Assembly (NCBI GenBank): GCA_965649825.1
Contig: OZ287703.1
Location: 62,001-126,000, forward strand
Reading direction: 5' to 3'
DNA length: 64,000 nt
Source: Penicillus capitatus
Lineage: Eukaryota; Plantae; Chlorophyta
Of the stretch, positions 11,198-21,836 are shown piece by piece. The notes under the pieces are model-generated. The model saw nothing but the letters and a program-made list of their open reading frames with translations. It did no database searches and was not told where the DNA came from. A program made the position numbers and the translations under genes. The stretch's first letter is position 1; each line of letters opens with the position of its first letter.

Positions 11198-11804
11198 AGT
11201 CAGGTGGAGAGAAAACGATAATTCTTTGTTGTAAATCCAAGCTGTGCATCTCGTATGATGCGCAATGATTCTTTCCTAGCGAAGAGAGCCGTTTGCCAGG
11301 AGGCTCTCACAATTCCAATCTTGTCAGCAGATGAAAAGTAACATCCATTTTGACGTATGCAGTTTGTTCGATGTGATGTGACGTCGAATCCGCGTCGAAC
11401 GCGACAGCAGAACGGGCATTTCGAAGATGCGTCTTTCCAGGATCCGCAGCAGTTTTCAGATTTTTCGCGAAGCCTTTCCTTCTAATGTGTGTAAAATCGT
11501 TAACCTTCCAGCTGCGCGACATGAAGCGTCCCGTTTATCGAGTTCAATCGCGCTCCGTCCTTCGAAACACTAGCATATCTCAGGCACCGTAGTTTGTGTT
11601 CTGCTGGATGGCAACGAGAGAGCGCAAAGCCACAGCAACGCGCCAGGTGCTGAATAGCGCACATTACAAACGACGTTTAGAAATGGATGGTACTGTAAAA
11701 ACACTGAATGACAAGATATAAGTACAATTTACAGTGGAGTCAGGAGACACGATATGCGCCATCCGTGGATAGGCTTCCATCCACACAGGTTTCTGGGGAA
11801 AGAC

Positions 11805-12045
11805 TCTAGCACAATACAGCAAGCGGAGGATGCAGATGACAGGTGACTGGCAGGTGAAGACGCATCGTGTGGCATAGACATGCCTTACGATGTCGTTACG
11901 TAATGGCCCTTCGCTGTCTTTGGGTCCACCTGGACATGGTGCGCATGCACAAAAGCCAATCGCACCGTCCATTCGTTCATTTCGCCTTTCGGCTCGAGCG
12001 AACACTCGACTCGTCTTCAGTCGACTTGCGTGCCGCACTTGAAAG
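11805..12045 (+). promoter_or_regulatory. Conserved non-coding block upstream of ankyrin gene 1 (copies at ~24006-24250 minus and ~48725-48965 plus)
   Basis: Direct three-way similarity, e.g. GCATCGTGTGGCAYAGACATG..CTTACGATG..GTTACGTAATGG, directly 5' of each signal-peptide ATG. Confidence 0.6.
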
Positions 12046-13608
12046 ATGGTGAGACACGGGCTTCTCTGCGTCGTGCTGTGTCTTCTGGTACACGGACCGA
12101 TTCCTTCGGTTGGCAGCCACGGTCTGCAGAGCATGAATCTCTGCAAATCTGACTCTTTTTCGTGCTTGGCCAGAGCGTCGTAGCTCAGAGGCCACGTTCA
12201 ACAGGGTCATTAAACACGAAGTCAAGGTGAGTTTCGCCGTCATTCCGCATACGGCGGCATACTATGACTGTCTTGTCTTGCAGAAGACAAGAGAATCACT
12301 GCATGGTAGAGAGTCTCCACTGTGCTCTATTCGACGGATCTGTCTCGTTCTGCAGACGACGGCGATATCGCTGCTTCGCGCGACTATGCCAGAACGAAAA
12401 CGGCGGTTCAGTTATCGGAATGCGGACGAAGATTGCTACAGTGCGTCGTCTCACAGTTTTTCATCGATGACGCAGCAAACTACAGGTCTGCAGACAACCA
12501 GTCGACGCCACTTCACCAGGCAGCGCGCGACGGACGAACTGAGGAAGTCAAGGTGAGCATTAGACAGACGCGTTCTCTTATGACTCAACCAGTCTTGTCT
12601 GTGAATGCAGGCACTCCTGGCGGCAGGGGCGACTGTCGACGCCGTAACCAACCTCGGATGGACACCGCTTCACGTTGCAGCCCGTTACGGACGTTCAGCT
12701 GTCGTCAACGTTAGCATTGGACCTTTTCTGTGCCCAGTAGATCGCTTGCCTCAAGGTTCTACTGGAGGCCGGAGCGAATGTCAATGCTGTAACCAACCAG
12801 AGATGGACACCGCTTCATATAGCATCGCTCAACGGACATTCATCGGTCGTCCGGGTTAACACTGGACGCATTCTCTGCACCTATTAAACTCGCCGCATAT
12901 AGGCTCTCCTGACGGCCGGGGCGACTGTCGACGCTGTGACCAACCTCGGATGGACACCGCTTCACCATGCAGCCAATAATGGTCGTCGAGAGGTCGTCCA
13001 GGTGAGCACCAAACGCCTTTTCTGTACCCACTAGATCCGTTACGTCTAGGTTCTTGTGTCGGCCGGGGCGACCGTCGACGCCGTGACCAACGTCGGATTG
13101 ACATCGCTTCACTATGCAGCTTTTAACGGACATTCATCGGTCGTCAGGGTCAGTCAGCATTAAACGCGTTTTCTGTGTCACTGTGCCGATCGCGTGTAGA
13201 TTTTAGTGAATGCCGGGGCGAATATTGCTGCCGTAAACGACGTTGGAATGACACCGCTCCACTATGCAGCGCTTTTCGGACGTTCGGCTGTCGCCAATGT
13301 TAGCATTAAACTCGTTTTCTGCGTCCACTGGACCAATTGTTTTTAGATTCTTGTGAATGCCGGGGCGAACGTTAACGCTGCTACATTTGACGGAAACACA
13401 CCGCTTCATCTGGCAGCGCTTTGGGGCAATTCACAAATCGTATCAGTGAGTAGTCTAAATCTCTTTTTAGGATCTCGTCGACGCTGGAGCATCAAAGACG
13501 ATTGCCAATCGTCGAGGAGAATTCCCTGTCGACGTGGTTTGCGATCATCCGGATGCCAATTGTTCCGATGCTACGCGATCCTTCCTCCTTGAGCTGTTGA
13601 CTCCTTGA
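12046..13608 (+). CDS. Secreted ankyrin-repeat protein 1 (12 exons; 7 one-repeat exons)
   Basis: Exons 12046-12121, 12174-12226, 12284-12305, 12356-12405, 12457-12552, 12611-12709, 12756-12854, 12903-13001, 13050-13148, 13200-13298, 13347-13445, 13471-13608, all GT-AG, giving one ORF. N-terminus MVRHGLLCVVLCLLVHG; repeats GxTPLHxAAxxG. Confidence 0.85.
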
Positions 13609-14443
13609 CTGACACGCCTTCTATGTCGCCATCGCCTAAATCTGCAGTAATATACCTCGGATTTTTGACGAGGTTTTTTTCACAGTCTGCATGTTACGTT
13701 GTCGAAAGTTTTATCCGGGCGTCGATTGATAAGTGTCGATGAACTCCATCCCCGTAGTTCTGCTGTAAGTGTGTCGGATTCTACAATCCTTCGATTTTGT
13801 CTTTTGTATTAACAGTAACACGCTGGCTTAAACGTCATGAGCATTTTCAACACATCCTCATTGTATGAGGAGACTCCGTGCATCTGCGCCTAAGGGAACA
13901 CACTGTGCTATTCACCAGTGTTCATCTTCAATCGTTTACGAAGGGCAGTTTTCGGAAAACACAGTCTTTCGGGTTGTTTGCATGTGGACGGACTAGAAAT
14001 GGATGAAGGGGGTTGTCGAATCTCACCGAGCGTCGCGCATCGCGACTTCTCTCTCTGCCTGCTCTTCCCGCAATGAGGCGTTCGACGCGCAATATATCGA
14101 CACGCGTGAAATGCTTCCTCTCCCTCTGTTTACTCCTCTCACAATCAACAAGGCTCAAACGCAGTAGTGACCAAATGATTTCTTAAATTCAGATAACAAC
14201 GAACGCTCTTCTGCGAGAAAGGAGGAGTCTGTTGTCGAACGGGCAGCCACACGACACTTTGCCGATGACTCTGTCGAAACGACTGAACAGTGCAATAGGT
14301 GGCAGATGAGAGGGTGTTGCCTCGACAGGGTATGCGCCTTGGCTTTCTTTCGCGCATATTCGATTTATTGAAGTCTTTTCAGAGACAGATGACAAAGTAA
14401 TGAACATGATATGTATGTATGGGAATCCACAATAGCGGATAGT

Positions 14444-16228
14444 TCAATCATCGTTTTGCAGTTCTTTGCAGAAGAGATCGATTTCTGAGAATATGAAATA
14501 CTCACGATACGGACGCAGACAGTAGTCAATTAAAACGAGACGGGCACGGCGAAAACATGGAAACGCATCTGCCAGATCCGACCAGTTCACGGAGTTCTCC
14601 ACTTGCGCCACTATTCGTTTGTAGTCTGTCTTGAACACCCAGTCGTGTGAGAAGAATTGGATCTTCTGGATCCTCGGCATACATCTCCCGAGCGATTCAA
14701 TCCGTGTCTTTGACATCTTCCAATGATGCGAAACTCCCAGCACCGTTAAATTGGAAAACGGTACGAGCTGGGCAAAGAAACGATCACCGGGGTCGCTGAA
14801 ATAGGAGAAGATGACGCTCAGTTCCTTTAAGCACGGCAAGGTTGCCAGTACTTGGAGAAGATCCGATTCCATGTCGATCGCCCACAGCTTCAATATCTTG
14901 AGTTCTGTCAGTTGCTGTAGGGCAGAGGACGCCAGCGTAAACTTCGAATGCGATTTGTAGACGTGGAGGGACGTCAGATGACGCATCGAGGACAGAGTGT
15001 CCGACAGGTCCATCGTCAAATTACCATAGCCAACGATCTTGAGATCGACCAGCTTCGTCAGGCAGCTCAAGGAGACTCCGACCATGGATGGCGTCAACGC
15101 GAGACGTGTTAACTGCACCATGCCTGTGATGGCTTCTATCATTTCTGATGTGACGTCCTCGCCCCGAACATGATCGAGGAGGAGTGCGCTGAGCTGGGTG
15201 AGGGAGAGCACGGAATCCATAAGGGGACGGGCGGCGGCTTTTTCATAGGCGATTTCCAGTTCGGTCAATCTAGTCATGTCCGAGAGGGTTGTGTAGAAAT
15301 CGTCGACCTCCAAATCAAGATGGCGCAGTTTAAACGTCTCCAGTCTCGAAAAGGCTCTCAGCAAAGGCCAGTCTTGAAACGGAGATTGGGCAGCGGCATG
15401 CTTTCGGAAATCCAGTGTACTCAACTGGGCAGCGTAAGGCAAGAACGTCTACACAACACACGAGATCCCACAAGAACTGGCATCAGAGTGGATCATCACT
15501 CGCAACTGCATGCTTCTTTCACTATTCTGACGCGTGTGAATCCAGTAGACTGTGAGCGCCGTGAGTCGGGTCAGTGAAGGGAAGAGGAGGCGATCGCCAA
15601 GAGTGACCAACAGATGAAAATCGCCGGTCAAGTTCAGCAGTCCGTGGAGCTCAGTGATCGGCTCCAGATGCGCTCGTATGATACGAGGCGCTCGGAGATC
15701 CAGCGAGGTAAGCTGCGTCAGGTATGGCAGGATGGCGATATATGCAGCGGAGTCGCTCCTGCGACTGAAACTGAACGAAAGGGACCGGAGAAGGCGCATC
15801 GACAACAGAGTGGAGAACAGCGTCTCCGCCGCCGGGCGCTCTCCCATGAAGCGTGTCTGCAACGTGCGCAGATTCTCAAGTCGTCGCAGCGAACGCATCG
15901 AATCCTCATCTAATGCATCTTTTCGGCGCCGCCATTCTCCGAGACGCAGAGCTGTTGCGTTTGGGAATCGCTCCGCCATCGCCTTCACCACTTTGGATGC
16001 GTCGAAAGCGATACCTGGTTGAATGGCGACGGGCAGTCGACGACAAGCGTCCCGCCAGCGGCGACAGACGAGGCGGCACTCGTGAAGGCCGTCCTCCATG
16101 ATGCATGCGAGCACCTTAAACAGGAGATGGTCCTGTTCGAGAAGTGCCCCCAGCGTCTTCTCACGCGCCGTGGCCGAGTCCGCTCCACTCACTAAGTTGT
16201 CGTCTGTATCCGCAGGAGTATCTGACAT
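14444..16228 (-). CDS. F-box-like/LRR protein C (intron 15449-15499)
   Basis: MEDGLHECRLVCRRWRDAC, LRRs, same phase-0 intron (..QLR|TFLPYAAQL..). Confidence 0.85.
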
Positions 16229-17140
16229 GCCACTGAACATGTCGCTGTGAGCATTCTGCGTTTTCGGCTGAGTGTGCGAACCTCATCGTTGAGTCGATAG
16301 GGTCTGCTGACGAATTCGAAACGGAAACGTGACGGACTGTCTGCAGAATCGCTGTCGATTCGATCCGTAGCTGCGAATTCATACTCCTGCTCTACGCGGC
16401 ACGTGTCGGATCTTCGCACTTGATGTGACTCGACACCTGAGTGATATCGCCGCCTTGTTTGCTGTCGATCTTCTTTCCGGGAGAATCAGAATTCGAGGCC
16501 TTTGAAGCACATTGCTGTCGAGACCGAGATGCGCTTTATGCATTTTCCTTCTGACGACGAATCGCATTCACAGATACGATACAGCTGGCAGGTTCGCCAT
16601 CCGTCCGTACCTTATGCTATGCTCCGTGACTTCGCGGAGTTCTGTGTCCATTTGGCAGGAGCGACAAATTCGCTAGACGTTTGCCTCATTTCCCGTCTCC
16701 TTTTCGCTTTTCTTTTCACGTGTGCTTCTTTCATTTCGCACAGTGACGGCAAAACGAAGGGGTGGATTTGTAGCGTCTGCAATTTTACTCAGGTTACGGT
16801 GAGATGTTCACACCCGCCGTGGATAAGCGAGTTAGATGCGACGAGTAGAAAAAACGAGATCAATTTGTCGACGGCCGATAGATCGAATAACGATTTTCGC
16901 GCATCACCGAAGTGCCCTGACTGGATCGTGCTAAATCTGTCAAGACATTGTTACTCATAAACATGTGTCGTCGTGTTCTGGACATTAAAATCAACAGCGG
17001 AATAGTAATGTTACTGCAGAGAAATGCGTTCATAATAATGTATGTACGATAAGATCTGCTACTCACAAACAGATGTCGTTCCATCGGCGTTAAGGCCGAC
17101 AGTGGATTGGTAGTGTTGGGAGAACAGCATCGAATGGTCA

Positions 17141-17246
17141 TGAATTCAGTCGCCTTAGAGAGTAGAATCAAATAGGTATCGTCCAGCAGCTCCTATAGGG
17201 CAGCTCGGACGTGCTTAATGACATCGACAGTATTGTCATTGGGTTT
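17141..17246 (+). repeat. ~105-bp repeat with an inverted copy at 20325-20428
   Basis: TGAATTCAGTCGCCTTAGAGAGTAGAATCAAATAGGT.. matches the reverse complement of 20325-20428 with scattered mismatches. Confidence 0.75.
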
Positions 17247-17354
17247 GTTGATCTTCTTATTCTGTGTCGCGTTCACCAGGAAAACCGAACTTGTGAACTC
17301 TTACGATCTGGAACGTACCGCTCAATGAGTCGCAATTCACGAAAAGGCAGCACC

Positions 17355-19098
17355 TTATGTAGAGACTTGAGACTCACTGGACTGCGAAAGTGAGCGAAGA
17401 CAAGGAAAGCTTTTCCACAGTCCCTTCCACAGTGCTCGGTGCGAATTGTCATAGACGCCATCATATGGAAGCTCTAATACCCTGAGCTTCGGCAAATACA
17501 GTTGCGGGAAATTGAAATCGCTCACAGAGTGTAAGGTTTCCTGAAAGGAGATCACCAGCTCCACCAGTTCTGTGAGATGACTCAATTCACAACAGGCGAT
17601 GTGCGGGTCCAGAGATGCTTTGCTATCAACAAGGGTAAGGGACGTCAGTTGAGTCAGCATACCAACGGCGTCCAGAAACCAGTGATTGTTAAGCACATGC
17701 TGTATCGATAGATGCTTCAATCTTCCAAGTTTTTCAGAAAACTGAGATGGCGTCACACGTTTATTCGGAAAGAGACGCAGACGCTTAGAAATTAGATCGA
17801 TCGACAGTGACGTCAGATTTGTCATGGTCACCAGTACTTCAACGAAGTCCATCGGAGGGCTCTCACAAAACCCGAATTGAAGAGACCGAATTCCCATTGG
17901 AAGGTGTTGACAACGATCGAGTCGATAATGGTTCAAGGAGAGCTGTGTGAGTTGCGTCAGGGTCATGAGGTGACGTACCTCGAGCTCAGATCGAATGCCC
18001 GATCGACGATTTCCAGAGAGAGTGAGCGATCTGAGTCCAGTGAGTGGGGACATGAACTCAGTGAGGGCCTTGAAGTCTCCTTCGTCTGTGACTTGCAATA
18101 CCAGGCTTGTCAGATGATGCATGTCCATTGATGCCTCGAGGAAGCTGCGCTCTCGTCGGTGTAAGAACATGACCGAAAGACTTGACAACCGCCAAAACCG
18201 GCGCCACAGATGCTCGTCTGTCGACGGCAGATCCCGTTTCTGATCGAGAAGTTCGAGATCAAGCGCCGTCAGTGTACTGGCATACGGAAGGATAGACTAA
18301 AACAGACACTTAGGGATATGCGATGCTTTATCGGAACTTGCATACCCGTAATCTGAAATAAGTACGTGACTCGTCATGTTCATCGATGTCACCGCTAAGC
18401 TTGAGGTGCCTCAGCCTCGGTGATGGGAACAACAGCTTTCCGCTGCTGTTGACGATCAGCGGAAGATATGCATTGAGATAACTGAGTCCTTGAAGCTCGG
18501 TAACGGGGTCCAGATCCGTTTGGATGAAACGGGTGATAGAGATAGTCAATGCCTCCAGATTCGTCAAAATACGCAGCGTATGCACGACGTTGTCCAAGAT
18601 GTCTTTTGTTTCTATCCGTACGTTGAAGGAACGTAGAGAGTCCGTCGTTGGCAACAACGCCGTCAGCCTCCTCACGTTCGCCTCGTCGTCGAAGGTGGAC
18701 AAACGCAGACTTCGCAGATTGCTCAGTCGCGTCAGGTTTTGCATCGCCTGTCTTCCCAGGATGTCATTGATATCGAACGACCTTTCCAAACTCAATGACA
18801 CGGCGTTCGGGAACAAGTCCATCACTCTGTTCAGCTTGTCCAGGGACGAACCCCCCAGGTGGACCGGCAGCTTCCCGCAGGCGTCTCGCCAAAGACGACA
18901 GACGCGTCGGCATTCGTGTAGTCCGTCGTCCATGACGTAAGAAAGAACCTTGACAAACAAGTCCTCGTGGTTCTCCAGGAGAGCGCTCAACGTCTTCTCC
19001 GAGCCGGACTCTCGAGCGACAGCGTCTTCCGCATCGGACTCGTGTGACTGGCGACTGCTTGTGCGTCGGCGACATTTCCTCCGATGTACGGTCTCCAT
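17355..19098 (-). CDS. F-box-like/LRR protein D (intron 18297-18345)
   Basis: MDDGLHECRRVCRLWRDAC, LRRs, same phase-0 intron (..RLR|SILPYASTL..). Confidence 0.85.
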
Positions 19099-20324
19099 TG
19101 GAGGAAAGAGAGCTGCGTCGATGGACGCGAAGCTTAACGCGACAAGCGAAAACAAGTCGGCCGTTACTGTTTCCGTCGATGTTACCTGTGTGAACTTCAG
19201 GCGCAGTTCGTGGATCATGTGGATCAGTCTAGCCTCATCGTACTACGCTATTATTGCCTCATTTTTCTATTGCACTCCGCTGCCCGAACACTGAACCTAA
19301 ACGCAAAGCTGGTTTTGGAGACCTACTCATCTGACTTCCTCTCCTTCTAAGGCTGTGCCTGTTTGAGAGAATGCCTCTGGTCGAATCAAATGCAATCGTC
19401 GTACTGTTAGGACCGATAGGGTCGGCGATTGGTCCGAGCGCGTCGAGGCTGCGATGCGAGGAGAGTCGGACGGGTATTCTTTACAGGTGCTCAGTACGTC
19501 GTTATATAGGCAAACGTCCTGTCATTCGACAGTGACGTTCCATGCTCTAACAGTACTCCCAGCCGTTTTCCTTTTACTGAAATGAGACCTCCTAATGAGC
19601 TACTGTCAACATCGTCGGCAGAAACAGATGAGAAGACATACGACACGCAAAAGAGCAGTGACGGCTTGACGTCGAAGTTTCAGACCACTTGTTGGACTTT
19701 ACGAATCAAGGGACGACAGACAAAGCTGTTCGTGGGTTTAGTCGACAGCAGTACGTGAAGGGCGTCGCACGCGACGGTGTAGGTTTGCGGAGATGCTATC
19801 GCCATCACCAACGCTGGACGACAGACATAGTTTTTTGATTGCTTTTAAACCTGGACGAATGGACTGAAGCCACAATCGTGTCCTTCCACTCCGCCTTGTG
19901 TCACCGCAGATGCTTGTGATGATAAACTTCCGAAAAGCTCTGTCTATCCGAAAACGTCGCGTAGATAATAATAAGAAAACCAGAACTCGGTCGGATGACA
20001 GACGCTTGTCCTTAACACGAGTCGCATTTCGCAAGTGGACGTGAAGAGATCCATTTTTCACCGTGTGGTCACTGTTAGTGCGAACATCGCCAAGCATCAA
20101 AGACTCTATTAAACAAGAACGCGAGTGAGATATATCTTCCTTGGTACAGCGCAACCCAACGCCTTTCTAGTACATCAAGAAACGCATGAGTATGCAGCAC
20201 GACTGAGCAGACATTCAAAACCAAAGAATCTGAGGCGCAGCGTGGATCGACATGAGAAGTGCCTCCTCATCAACCAGTTCTCTATACGAGCAGTCCTCCG
20301 TTAGACAAGAGATACATGCAGTGG

Positions 20325-20428
20325 AAACCGAATGACTACACTGTCGGTCATTAGGCACATCCGAACTGTCCCATAAGATCTGCTGGACAACACCTATTTG
20401 ATTCTGCTCTCTAAGGCGACTGCATTCA
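20325..20428 (-). repeat. Inverted partner of the 17141-17246 repeat
   Basis: Direct sequence comparison. Confidence 0.75.
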
Positions 20429-21836
20429 CAATCTTTACCATGATCCAGTCGGGTCACCTTTGTGATGCGCGAGGAAGGTGGTTGTTTCCATCGGCCATCG
20501 GCGAATCAATCTGCTTCTACCTTGCATGCCGAGCACTCCAATGTCAGCGATTCCAATTCGACAGTAGTTGATACCGAGCGACTTGTCGTCGGAATCAAGC
20601 GACATGGATTTACTTCTCCGAAAACTTAAGATCACGAGAGCGTCGTGTGTGTTCAAGTTTCTCGAGATTCGCTCTTGAGTGACGACATCACGTTTTGGGA
20701 GTTAAGGAAATGAAACGTCGATAAAGGTGACTGTTTCTTCACTTTTGCTATGTATACCTTTGGTAACAGATTGCATTAAGGGACTGTGATATAACCTCTT
20801 TACATAGCAACACTCAGTCGAGACGACAGCAAATGTTGTTTTGTGATTTGCGCTCTGTTTGAAATCATGAAATTTGCTCTATAAAGCGGTGATATACCTT
20901 AGCGAGAAACGGCGGAACGCTCACTGTATTGCATGTTTTCCTTTAAAATCGTAGCTGACAGAATACGGGAACTCCATTCGACTCAATGACACAACAGACG
21001 TCTGGCCAGGTCGACAAACGAAGTTGCGGTTTCGCGTGGTCGACTTGGCACAACTTTCTAGCGCCAGGGATGTGAAAAGACGTCGCCATGCTTTTGTTTT
21101 CAAACACTCCGCAGTTGCGGGTAAACGAACGGATGAATGATCACTCTTGCGGCAGTGTCATCCGAGAAGAGCACTCGATGCGCATTGTCAGAGAGCACAA
21201 ACACCAAGTGCGTGACAGTCACTCGTTTGCCAGGCCTTCTAAAGAGGATCGTAGCCATCGATGAAGGCTTCGTCGTTTTGGCAGTAGCCGGCAGCGCTCA
21301 GCTGCGAGAAGACTGAACCACAGACGAGGGATTCCACGTGCGTTAGTCTACTGCACGTCAACGCAAACAGTGTCGGTAGAGCAGTCGAAGAGAGAAGACG
21401 CGTTGGCGCGACGCTCGGAGAGATTCACTAACCCCCTTTGTTGATTTCAATGCCGTCCACATGCAAACAACCCGAAAGACTGAACTTCCTTCTCGAACTC
21501 TGCCGACCCCATTAAGACTTACAAACGAAAGAGGAACGCTAGTGAATGGCACAGTGCGTTCCCTTAGGTGCAGATGCACCGAGACTCCTCACACAAGGAG
21601 GATCTGTCGAAAAATGTGAATGATGCATAACCCACTGTGTTTGTTACCACTGGCACAAAAAACAGATTCAATAATGTTCATGGATATGACAACGTCCAAC
21701 AGAATGGCGGAGTTTCATTAACACTTTTCAACTCCGCCCAGACAGATAAGCAGTGTACCATGCAGAGTGTCGTTGTTGAGTCTTTTCAAAATAGAACGAT
21801 ACTGTAGATCTGAGTGATGGTTGGATCCAAGGTGCA

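Noticed and set aside
11664-12146. Antisense ORFs conserved at three loci (also 24013..24246 and 48729..49040) as a new small-protein family
   Set aside because: In the codon comparison of copies 1 and 2, most substitutions are non-synonymous and there is a frameshifting indel; treated as conserved non-coding DNA.
21358-21579. ORF across the conserved 3' block (and 51517..51759)
   Set aside because: Substitutions between copies fall at codon positions 1-2 in these frames, and the mirrored frame contains TAG.
21706-21738. GGCGGAGTT/AACTCCGCC hairpin downstream of ankyrin gene 2 as a terminator
   Set aside because: A 9-bp stem is expected by chance, intrinsic terminators do not apply to Pol II genes, and it was not seen at the paralogous loci.
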